Shown piece by piece: positions 8,100 through 16,563 of a stretch of 64,000 nt of DNA (its first letter is position 1; each line of letters starts with the position of its first letter). Source of the DNA: Candidatus Saccharimonadales bacterium (lineage in GTDB: Bacteria > Patescibacteriota > Saccharimonadia > Saccharimonadales > OMJO01); NCBI GenBank assembly GCA_035480035.1, contig DATIID010000001.1, positions 265,323 through 329,322 of the forward strand. The letters are read 5' to 3'. Both the position numbers and the translations under genes were made by a program. The notes under the pieces were generated by a model. It saw nothing but the letters and a program-made list of their open reading frames with translations, was not told where the DNA came from and did no database searches.

Positions 8100-9704
8100 C
8101 TAGCCAACCACGCGGAAGACTTCGTCGAGCGTGGTTAAGCCTTGGCAGGCCTTAAGAATTCCATCCTGCATAATGGTACTCATACCACTTTTGATAGCTG
8201 CAGCTTCAATGTCTTGAGTCGACAATATAGTATTAGCTTGCTCGAGCAACTTGCGAATTTCGCCGGTCATTAAAAACTGCTCCCGGACGGCCATTTGACC
8301 ACTAAAACCAAACGGGTTGTCCTCGGACTTACCGGGCACATAGAATTGTGTGCTGTTAAGGTCAGGCCTCTCCATGCCTTCAGGTAAAGTGTCAATTACT
8401 GATTGAACTCTTTTTATAGTGGCTTCCTCGGGTTGATAAGTTTGCTTTGTTTTATCATCCAAGCGCCGGACTAAACGCTGGGCCATAACCAAGCGAATGG
8501 CTGAAACAAATAGCGGGTTAGTGCCAATCACGTCCATCATTCTAGTCAAGGCGGCAGAGGCCGATGAGGCGTGAAAAGTTGACAACACCAAGTGTCCAGT
8601 TAAAGAAGCCTGAAGTGCAGTGCGAGCTGTGTCAGTATCACGGATCTCACCAACCATAATAATATCCGGATCAAGCCGGAGTACGGCTCGAAGTTCTTCG
8701 GCAAAACTAATCTTGGTGGTATTAAGACCAGTTACCGACACTTGAGTGATGCCTGGGAATTGATACTCAACCGGATCTTCAATTGTAATAATTTTGCGGT
8801 TTTCGTTATTTAAGGTGTTGAGCATTGAGTAAAGAGTGGTCGTTTTCCCAGATCCGGTTGGTCCGACAATCAGCACCAGACCACTAGGTTTAGTAATAAT
8901 ATCGTCGACCACAGCGCGTTCCCTTACCGACAAACCAAGTTTATCGAGGTTGTACATAGTTTGGTCGAGATTGAATAAACGCATAACGATATCCATGCCG
9001 TTAATGCTGGGCACGGTTTCTAAACGTAAATTAATATCAACCTCTGAACCATCAAGCATCTTTACTTTGGTTGACATGTGACCCTGTTGAGGTTGTGTTG
9101 CGTAAGTTGATATATTGCCGCCACTGGCAATGGCTGAGATCACAATGTGATATTTAGCTGGTGTTATTTTGGCGATTGGGTGCAAAACCCCGTCAATTCG
9201 AAAACGAATCCGAACATGATCGCGCTGACATTCCATGTGAATATCAGAAGCATTCAAACGGTGAGCTTGTTCAACCAAATAGGCTAAAACGTCGTCAGCC
9301 TTAACTTGCTCTAAGGTTGCAGATACTGTCTTAAGTAAATCCGGACTGTCAGTTTGAGATAATGCAATATCCTGATAAACCACCTCTTTGGGTGGATCAT
9401 ATAGCTTCATGTATTCGCGGTAACCAGTGTCCGAAATTAATGCGAAGCTAACACGCTGATCTTGAAAACGCTGACGTAGCGACATAAGTGTCTGTTGGGA
9501 CGTAGTGTTAGTAATCCCAAAGTTAATGTTATGTTCATCAGCGGTGATTGGTATGATGCGTAAATCGTATAACTCACGCACCGACAGGAGTTGTTTATAC
9601 AGTTGTTTGTTGGGAACTGTTGACGTATCAACATAATCTAGGCCAAGTATTTCGGCCCGTCTTTGAGTCGACCTCTCCTCATCTAAGCGAGCGTTTTGAG
9701 ACAT
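8100..9704 (-). CDS. pilB: type IV pilus / type II secretion ATPase (GspE/PilB family)
   Basis: 534 aa with a T2SSE N-terminal domain, Walker A GPTGSGKTTT, IIMVGEIRD (Walker B/Asp box region) and GHLVLSTFH (His box). Confidence 0.9.
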   Translation of the reverse strand: MSQNARLDEERSTQRRAEILGLDYVDTSTVPNKQLYKQLLSVRELYDLRIIPITADEHNINFGITNTTSQQTLMSLRQRFQDQRVSFALISDTGYREYMKLYDPPKEVVYQDIALSQTDSPDLLKTVSATLEQVKADDVLAYLVEQAHRLNASDIHMECQRDHVRIRFRIDGVLHPIAKITPAKYHIVISAIASGGNISTYATQPQQGHMSTKVKMLDGSEVDINLRLETVPSINGMDIVMRLFNLDQTMYNLDKLGLSVRERAVVDDIITKPSGLVLIVGPTGSGKTTTLYSMLNTLNNENRKIITIEDPVEYQFPGITQVSVTGLNTTKISFAEELRAVLRLDPDIIMVGEIRDTDTARTALQASLTGHLVLSTFHASSASAALTRMMDVIGTNPLFVSAIRLVMAQRLVRRLDDKTKQTYQPEEATIKRVQSVIDTLPEGMERPDLNSTQFYVPGKSEDNPFGFSGQMAVREQFLMTGEIRKLLEQANTILSTQDIEAAAIKSGMSTIMQDGILKACQGLTTLDEVFRVVG

Positions 9705-9762
9705 AAAGCTTATTATAAAGCATAAGCATCGCCATCTGGAAGTATTCTGCTACTATCAAGTT

Positions 9763-10269
9763 ATGAATCGCCAAATTGTCTTAATTGTCCATAATTTGCG
9801 CAGTTGCCATAATGTCGGTGCGATATTTAGAACAGCCGACGGTTTAGGCATCAATCACCTTTATTTAACCGGTTATACACCATATCCGATTTCCAAAACT
9901 GATCAGCGATTACCGCACCTTCGTCATCAAATCAATCAAAAAATCCATAAGACGGCATTGGGCGCCGAAAATACAATTAAATGGTCGCATATTGAAATAA
10001 TTGACACCGTTATCGATAAGCTACGTCGACAAAACTTCGCTATTATCTCACTTGAGCAAGCTAAAAAGTCAACTAATTTAGTAACCTATCAACCGCCTAA
10101 CAAGATTGCAGTCATAATTGGTCGCGAGATCGGGGGTATCGAGCCAACCATCCTCGAACAAACAGATGTGACTTTAGAAATACCAATGTTTGGTCAAAAG
10201 GAGTCATTTAACGTTGTCGAAGCCGCGACTATGGCACTTTACCACTTTCGCTTCTATACCCAAAACTGA
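9763..10269 (+). CDS. SpoU/TrmH-family RNA 2'-O-methyltransferase
   Basis: 168 aa; motifs NVGAIFRTADGLGINHLYL, IGREIGGI and IPMFGQKESFNVVEAATMALYH. Confidence 0.85.
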   Translation: MNRQIVLIVHNLRSCHNVGAIFRTADGLGINHLYLTGYTPYPISKTDQRLPHLRHQINQKIHKTALGAENTIKWSHIEIIDTVIDKLRRQNFAIISLEQAKKSTNLVTYQPPNKIAVIIGREIGGIEPTILEQTDVTLEIPMFGQKESFNVVEAATMALYHFRFYTQN

Positions 10270-10290
10270 CAAATATGTTATTATTCGGTT

Positions 10291-11331
10291 ATGCCCGTTA
10301 AAACACCGCGGCGACATTATTCTAGTGCACCTCGGCATCACAAACACACAAAAGTTTACCTAAAAACCTACTGGCCATATTTACCAATGCTACTAATTGT
10401 AGTTATCGGTTTGGTATTAGGCACGCCACGACCACTCACCCATCCACCAACCAACAAACATGGTGTTCTAGCTTATGCTACTAATACCAGCGTCAGTGGA
10501 CTGCTTCAAGCTACCAATAATCAGCGTAACGCCAATGGGGCAGCAAGTCTGAGCTTAAATTCACAGCTGGACTCGGCCGCTCAAACCAAAGCCAATGATA
10601 TGGTTAATCGTAACTACTGGTCCCACAATACACCAGATGGTCAAGAGCCATGGGTATTTATTCAAAATGCTGGCTATCAATATACCAAAGCAGGCGAAAA
10701 TTTGGCTTATGGTTTTACGACCAGCGATGATACTATCACTGGCTGGATGAACAGTCCATCACATAAAGCCAATCTACTTGACACGGCTTTCAAGGATGTC
10801 GGTTTTGGTATTGCTAATGGCAATAATTTCAATAATTCAGGTCCGGAAACTGTGGTAGTAGCGATGTATGGTCAACCCAAAGTGCTAGGTGAAAATACAG
10901 CTCCGGCTTCAAACCCAACATCTCAATCGTCAACTAGTCATGCCGCTGCTTCAGCACCATCAACAAGCCCAGCCCCTAAAACCACTAGTCCATCAACAAG
11001 TTCTAATAAATCGACCAGTGACGTAGCCAAACCAAAGAATACCAATTTACCCAAGACAACTGATTTGACTGCCAACACTGAACCAGCCAGCCAGCAAATT
11101 ACTCGAATCCAAACCTGGACGCAAGGACGATTGCCGTGGTTAGTACTAGCTGCCAGTAGTCTAGGCGGAATGGCGGCATTAGTTCTATTATTACGACACG
11201 GGCTTGGCTTAAAGCGATTACTTCGGGGGAGCGAACGTTTTATTTTGCACCACCCGCTACTCGATACAGTATTAGTCACTATGATAATGACCAGCTATGT
11301 TTTAACCAGAACTAGCGGTGTTATTCGTTGA
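10291..11331 (+). CDS. CAP/SCP (PR-1-like) domain protein, membrane-anchored, with an S/T/P-rich linker
   Basis: 346 aa with an N-terminal TM and a CAP-domain core (NYWSHNTPDGQEPW...GENLAYGF...GWMNSPSHKANLL). A Ser/Thr/Pro-rich stretch and C-terminal hydrophobic segments follow. Confidence 0.75.
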   Translation: MPVKTPRRHYSSAPRHHKHTKVYLKTYWPYLPMLLIVVIGLVLGTPRPLTHPPTNKHGVLAYATNTSVSGLLQATNNQRNANGAASLSLNSQLDSAAQTKANDMVNRNYWSHNTPDGQEPWVFIQNAGYQYTKAGENLAYGFTTSDDTITGWMNSPSHKANLLDTAFKDVGFGIANGNNFNNSGPETVVVAMYGQPKVLGENTAPASNPTSQSSTSHAAASAPSTSPAPKTTSPSTSSNKSTSDVAKPKNTNLPKTTDLTANTEPASQQITRIQTWTQGRLPWLVLAASSLGGMAALVLLLRHGLGLKRLLRGSERFILHHPLLDTVLVTMIMTSYVLTRTSGVIR

Positions 11332-14300
11332 TTAAGTTGATAGCTTAACGTTTTGGGCACCGATTAATTTAGAGAAGACTTCGATTGATTCGGTCGCCAC
11401 ATCGACCCGCGCCGGCAGACGAATTATTTGCTTATCATCGTCACTACCGAGAACTAATACTACTTCGGTATCACCCTGGTTTTCATCAATCAAAGTTTTG
11501 AGTGATAATAGCATTTGTTGATCATCACCTCGATGTAAGCGTAAAAACAAGCGTTTGGCCAACTGAGCCGAGCTAGTACCAACGGTTGATTTTGATGAAT
11601 TGATAGGCTCAATTAAGCCGGTTTTGGGTTTTTTAGTTGATGGTTGATAGTCAGCGGCTTCTTCTGGAGTAATCTCTATGACTTGATCGACTAATACTTT
11701 CGGTTCAATTGATACTCCACCATTTCGATCACGGACAGTAACCTTACCGGTGGCAACAATCACTTTATCACGCTGCCAAGTTGCAACTGTGTCTTTATAA
11801 ATACTTGGGAAAATAACTAACTCAATCTCGTTAAATTGATCGGCTAGTCGGACAAAGGCCATTTTTTGGCCGTTTTTCGTCGTGATTTCACGAATGTCAA
11901 CAATTGAACCACCAACTGTGACAGTTTTGGCATCATGGCTAGCTTCGATCACACTAATAGGCGTTGTTTTATCGGTCAGTAAGGCTTGAAAAGCGTCTAG
12001 GGGTTGTTGCGACAAGTAAATACCGAGTAGTTCGCGTTCCCACATTAACTGTTGGCGTTGACTGTAAACTGTTGGAGGTTTGTCGAGAGCCAACTTCGGT
12101 TTCGTTGATTGGTCATCATCGATTTGACCAAATAAATCAGTTTGGCCACTACTGGCCTGTTTTTGCTGGCGGTTAGCATACGCCAAAATTACATCTAAAT
12201 TGTGGATTAGTTGACTACGCTCACCAAATCGGTCAAACGCCCCTGCTCGAACTAAGCTTTCAATTGCTTTACGATTAACAATTCTGATATTTACCCGTGA
12301 GAAAAAATCTTCCAGACTATCAAAATGACCTTCATCGCGAGCACGCAAAATCTCGGTCACTGCGTTGGCGCCAACATTCTTAACGGCCGCCAAACCAAAT
12401 CGAATTTGCTTGGTTTTTGGGACCACCGCAAACTCAATAAACGATTCGTTGACATCAGGTTGCAAGACACCTATGCCTAATTGTTTGCACTCGGTGATCT
12501 CGATTGCCAGGCGATCGGTATTGTCGTAATCACTGGTCATTAACGATGCCATAAAAGCTGCTGGGTAGTGGGCTTTTAGGTAGGCAGTTTGATAAGAGGT
12601 TAAAGCGTAGCAGGCTGCATGGGCTTTTGGAAATGCATAAGCCGCAAAAGCTTCCAACTGTTTCCAAAATTTCTCCATTTGAGGCCGATTTGCATTTGAA
12701 GTTTTTATTGCACCATCTATAAATTCATCCTTTAATTTGGCTAGTACTTCGGGTATTTTTTTGGCAACTCCTTTTCTAAGAGTGTCCGCCTGCCCCCCAG
12801 AAAAACCAGCCAAGTCCTTGGAAATCTGCATGACCTGCTCTTGGTAAACAATAACACCATAAGTGTTTTTCAAAGCCGGCTCCATAGCCGGATGTATGTA
12901 CTCTATTTTTTTAGTACCATGCTTACGAGCAATAAAATCCTCAATCCACTGCATCGGTCCGGGCCGGTATAATGCACCCATGGCTACCAGATCATCAAAC
13001 TCAGTCGGCTTAAGTTCTTTGAGATAGCGTTTCATACCGGCAGATTCAAACTGAAAAACGCCTGTGGTATCACCACGTTGTAAAAGTTCATATGTTTTTT
13101 TGTCATCCAGATTGATGGTGTTGATATCGACATCTCGTGCGTAAACTTTCTTAACAATCCGTAGGGCATTCTTAATAATCGTTAAGTTTGATAGCCCCAA
13201 AAAGTCAATTTTAAGCAAACCAAGATCTTCAATTGGACCCATCGAATATTGTGTTGCAATAACGCCCTTTTGAGCTCGTTCCAATGGCACAAATTTAACA
13301 ATGTCATCCGGAGCAATTACTACACCAGCAGCGTGAACACCGTGGCTGCGAATTGTACCCTCAAGTTGTGTCGCTAAATCAAACACTTGCTTGGCAGAAT
13401 CAGTATTATTATATTCAGTCTTTAATTCTTGACTGTCGGCTAATGACTTGGATAGTGGTATATGTCGTCCCTGAATTGGCGGTGGAATTAGCTTGGCCCA
13501 GCGGTCAGCCTCAGCGTAGGGTACTTGTAAGACCCGAGCCACATCGCGAACGGCATTGCGAGCCGCCATTCGGCCAAAGGTTACAATGTTAGCGACATGA
13601 TCATCACCATATTTATCAACACAATATTGAATTACTTCATTGCGACGACTATCTTGAATATCAATATCGATATCTGGCATAGAGATACGATCGGGATTCA
13701 AAAATCGTTCAAACAACAAGTCGTATTCGAGTGGATCGAGTTCGGTAATCCTAAGAGCATACGAAACGATTGAGCCGGCCGCTGACCCACGGCCCGGGCC
13801 GAATACAATGCCTTCATGTTTGCCCCAGTTGATGAAATCGGCAATGATTAAAAAATAGCCATTAAAGCCCATGCTGTTGATAACTCCAAGTTCGTATTCG
13901 GCACGTTCGAGAATATTTTTAGCAACTTGTTTTTTAGCCTGGCTAATAGTCATTTTCGCAGTTTTGGTGTTTGCAGTTTTGCCATAACGCCAAGCTAGAC
14001 CCTGGTAAACTAATTTCTCAAGGTATGTTTTTTCAGTTTCACCTGTCGGTACAGAGAATTGCGGGATTAGGATTTTACCAAGTTCTAATTCAATACTACA
14101 GCGGTCTGAAATAATTTTCGTGTTTGTAATTATGTCAGGGTGATCCTTTCCCCAACGCTTAATAATTTGTTTTGGATCAGTTAAGTGAAGTTCAAAATTT
14201 GCCAAACTCATGCGTTTCTCGTCGCTTAGAAATGAACCAGTTTGAACGCACAACAATACCTCATGGGCTTGTTGATCGGCTTTATTAAGATAATGAGCAT

Positions 14301-14958
14301 CACTTGTCAGAACAATCTCAATACCTAATTCTTTGGCGAGTTTAAATGTTTGATTAGTGACTTCAACCTGCTCTGACCAGCTACTAGGGTGGTCCACATG
14401 ACCATGATCTTGAACTTCTAAATAATAGCGATCCCCAAAAATTTGTTGGTACCACATGGCGATTTCTTTAGCTTGGTCATATTGCCCAAGACGTAGGGCA
14501 TCGCCAACTTCACCGCCGATACAGCCACTTAAAATAATCAAACCTTGGTTATACTTTTTTAACAAATCATGGTCGATACGCGGTTTATAATAAAAGCCTT
14601 CTAGATTGGCAATGGTACTAAGCCGCATTAAGTTCTGATAACCGGTCAGATTCATTGCCAAAATTATTAAGTGATAGTTGTTTTTGTCTTTAGCGGGATC
14701 TTTATCAGTAAGCTGACGCGCAGCCATATAGGCTTCCATGCCGAACAAGGGCTTAACACCACCCTTCGTAGCTTCTTTATAAAACTCAATTAGTCCTGAT
14801 AATGTCCCATGATCAGTCACTGCAACGGACGACATGCCAAAGTTTTTTATTTGTTCAACCATGGCTGGTATCTTCGTCAGGCCATCCAGCAAACTATATT
14901 GCGTATGGTTGTGCAAATGCACAAAGTCAGCCGGTTTTAAACTGGTTTTTGCTGGCAC
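11332..14958 (-). CDS. dnaE: DNA polymerase III alpha subunit
   Basis: 1208 aa with a PHP domain (FVHLHNHTQYSLLDG) and polymerase core motifs throughout. GTG start with a GAGGG SD. The stop abuts the stop of the convergent CAP gene with a 0-nt gap. Confidence 0.95.
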   Translation of the reverse strand: MPAKTSLKPADFVHLHNHTQYSLLDGLTKIPAMVEQIKNFGMSSVAVTDHGTLSGLIEFYKEATKGGVKPLFGMEAYMAARQLTDKDPAKDKNNYHLIILAMNLTGYQNLMRLSTIANLEGFYYKPRIDHDLLKKYNQGLIILSGCIGGEVGDALRLGQYDQAKEIAMWYQQIFGDRYYLEVQDHGHVDHPSSWSEQVEVTNQTFKLAKELGIEIVLTSDAHYLNKADQQAHEVLLCVQTGSFLSDEKRMSLANFELHLTDPKQIIKRWGKDHPDIITNTKIISDRCSIELELGKILIPQFSVPTGETEKTYLEKLVYQGLAWRYGKTANTKTAKMTISQAKKQVAKNILERAEYELGVINSMGFNGYFLIIADFINWGKHEGIVFGPGRGSAAGSIVSYALRITELDPLEYDLLFERFLNPDRISMPDIDIDIQDSRRNEVIQYCVDKYGDDHVANIVTFGRMAARNAVRDVARVLQVPYAEADRWAKLIPPPIQGRHIPLSKSLADSQELKTEYNNTDSAKQVFDLATQLEGTIRSHGVHAAGVVIAPDDIVKFVPLERAQKGVIATQYSMGPIEDLGLLKIDFLGLSNLTIIKNALRIVKKVYARDVDINTINLDDKKTYELLQRGDTTGVFQFESAGMKRYLKELKPTEFDDLVAMGALYRPGPMQWIEDFIARKHGTKKIEYIHPAMEPALKNTYGVIVYQEQVMQISKDLAGFSGGQADTLRKGVAKKIPEVLAKLKDEFIDGAIKTSNANRPQMEKFWKQLEAFAAYAFPKAHAACYALTSYQTAYLKAHYPAAFMASLMTSDYDNTDRLAIEITECKQLGIGVLQPDVNESFIEFAVVPKTKQIRFGLAAVKNVGANAVTEILRARDEGHFDSLEDFFSRVNIRIVNRKAIESLVRAGAFDRFGERSQLIHNLDVILAYANRQQKQASSGQTDLFGQIDDDQSTKPKLALDKPPTVYSQRQQLMWERELLGIYLSQQPLDAFQALLTDKTTPISVIEASHDAKTVTVGGSIVDIREITTKNGQKMAFVRLADQFNEIELVIFPSIYKDTVATWQRDKVIVATGKVTVRDRNGGVSIEPKVLVDQVIEITPEEAADYQPSTKKPKTGLIEPINSSKSTVGTSSAQLAKRLFLRLHRGDDQQMLLSLKTLIDENQGDTEVVLVLGSDDDKQIIRLPARVDVATESIEVFSKLIGAQNVKLST

Positions 14959-14981
14959 GCTTTTACCCTCAACATTAATTA

Positions 14982-14996
14982 CGACTAAGTTAGTCG
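14982..14996 (-). promoter_or_regulatory. perfect 15-bp palindrome in the dnaE leader (operator or 5' hairpin)
   Basis: CGACTAA-G-TTAGTCG lies between a TATAAT box (fwd 15012-15007, minus strand) and the dnaE GTG. Confidence 0.35.
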
Positions 14997-15035
14997 ACTC
15001 GGTTTAATTATACACTGCTGGAGATATTTATTTGG

Positions 15036-15437
15036 CTACTTAGCTACAAATTTTTTCAAATGCTTGACCGCTTTTGCGGCCTCTTTGACAGCATTATGCA
15101 GATCACGATCTTCTGCGTCGCCTTCATGTACCGCGCTCAGGATTTGCTTGGCTTTTTCTTTGCTGACTTTAGCTTTTTTAATAGCATTAGTTAACTCGCG
15201 TTTAGCAGTAAGTGATAATTTTTTAGTCTGCGCGCTACTTTTGGCAATGAGTTCACCTAGCTCATGATGCAACGATTTAAGTTGTTTTTCAGCGTCAGAT
15301 TTGGCTTTAGCCGCTTTTTGTTTGATATCTTTACGGGTTTCCTTGCCACTTTTAGGAGCCGTCAAAATACCGGCTACATAACCGGCCGCTGCGGCTACAA
15401 CTCCGCCAATGGCTAATTGTTTTGTAGTTTTACGCAT
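15036..15437 (-). CDS. YtxH-domain protein
   Basis: A TM helix is followed by GILTAPKSGKETRKDIK (YtxH signature) and a Lys/Ala-rich coiled region. Three tandem ATGs lie directly after SD AAGGAGG (fwd 15450-15444). I chose the third; the track start at 15518 looks like an upstream extension. Confidence 0.7.
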   Translation of the reverse strand: MRKTTKQLAIGGVVAAAAGYVAGILTAPKSGKETRKDIKQKAAKAKSDAEKQLKSLHHELGELIAKSSAQTKKLSLTAKRELTNAIKKAKVSKEKAKQILSAVHEGDAEDRDLHNAVKEAAKAVKHLKKFVAK

Positions 15438-15720
15438 CATCATCCTCCTTATACTTAGACCGTTTTGATTGCTTCTTTTGGAAAACTGATTCAGCGATGC
15501 CTGACATGAACCGACCAATCGCCAAGGGACCGGCTGATTTTTGAAAGAAATCGCTCACAGCCTCTGCTTTATCAGCAATACTTTCGGCTTTGGCCGCAAT
15601 ACGCTTAAGATGGTTTAAAACTTGGATTACTTTAATGACTGCCACAATTGCTAACACTAAGAAAATCGCTAGGGTTGAAGCTAGGATGATAACCAAAATT
15701 CTCTCTGATGTGTTCATCAT
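15430..15720 (-). CDS. small N-terminally anchored membrane protein (DUF948-like architecture)
   Basis: A TM helix (ILVIILASTLAIFLVLAIVAVI) is followed by an amphipathic helix. It overlaps the downstream YtxH gene, a pairing known from Firmicutes. Start trimmed to MMNTSER, next to a TATACT box at fwd 15730-15725. Confidence 0.55.
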   Translation of the reverse strand: MMNTSERILVIILASTLAIFLVLAIVAVIKVIQVLNHLKRIAAKAESIADKAEAVSDFFQKSAGPLAIGRFMSGIAESVFQKKQSKRSKYKEDDDA

Positions 15721-15816
15721 TTTTAGTATACAGTACTTGTAAATTACAATCACTAATTTAAAACACTATAAATAAACACTTGCAAGATTATCTATCAAGC
15801 GTACAATGCTGTCACA

Positions 15817-16563
15817 ATGGAATTTCCGGATTACAACGATATTTTAGATGAACAACCCAGATTCGACAGGTTGGCTAAACCATTCCAAGCCAACCTGCCC
15901 TATCACAACGAGGCTCACGGCCATGAGGCTAGTCAATCGACCGTTGACCAGGTTGTAAAGTGTCGTGAAAATGGTGTCGATATCAACCTGTGGCCACTTT
16001 ATTTTGGCATGCGGGGTCATGACTTGGGTATCGATATGGACCCCCAAACTATGGGTTTTGATGAGCCAGAAGACTATTCTGCTTATTTGACTGGTCAAGT
16101 TTTGAAAGAACTACAACTAGCGGATGAGACTATTGAACAGGCCCAGGAAATTATCCTAATCACTAACCCGCAGCAAGAGCCGGTGACCTTAGTCCACAAA
16201 ATTGCCCGCCGAGCCGATGTTATTAATATTGGTGGCGAATTTGCGCCATTTGTTGTTAAATCGGGTCTATTGTGGCAAGAACACCGACAACTTAGTCAAG
16301 ACAATAAAAGTTATGGTGAGTGGGCTAGTGGCGCATGCAAATTTCTAACAGATCAGATTTTGGCGCCGGATTTGGCATTGGGTGATTTTGACCGAGACGA
16401 TAGTGGCCAATCTTTTTTCCAACGCCGTGCGCGGCAAAATGTCGCCAGACTAGGCGGTTTACTATCTAAGATTTCAGATGTTTTCGAATCAGTTCCTGAG
16501 CCAACTGAGGGTTTGCCTTACCCTGACTTTGCTGCATTACTTGACCAACAAGGAATCCGATAG
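15817..16563 (+). CDS. hypothetical protein, possible HD-domain phosphohydrolase
   Basis: 248 aa; PYHNEAHGHE, then about 35 aa, then RGHDLGIDMD resembles the H...HD...D metal site. Promoter TTGCAA-16-TACAAT ends 9 nt before the ATG. The last 98 nt overlap convergent gatB. Confidence 0.5.
   Translation: MEFPDYNDILDEQPRFDRLAKPFQANLPYHNEAHGHEASQSTVDQVVKCRENGVDINLWPLYFGMRGHDLGIDMDPQTMGFDEPEDYSAYLTGQVLKELQLADETIEQAQEIILITNPQQEPVTLVHKIARRADVINIGGEFAPFVVKSGLLWQEHRQLSQDNKSYGEWASGACKFLTDQILAPDLALGDFDRDDSGQSFFQRRARQNVARLGGLLSKISDVFESVPEPTEGLPYPDFAALLDQQGIR

Noticed and set aside
9705-9717. The 12-nt identity TATAATAAGCTT in the promoters of pilB (fwd 9717-9706) and the GT2 synthase (fwd 58470-58459) as a possible shared regulatory site.
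   Set aside because: Six of the 12 nt are the -10 box itself. The remaining AAGCTT is a 6-mer match among dozens of similarly built promoters. By rough reasoning a chance match is not unlikely, and I saw no third copy.
10900-11060. The Ser/Thr/Pro-rich stretch in the CAP-domain gene as a tandem DNA repeat or contingency locus.
   Set aside because: It shows compositional bias only (…SSTSHAAASAPSTSPAPKTTSPSTSSNKSTS…). I could not find a repeating nucleotide unit, so it reads as a flexible linker.
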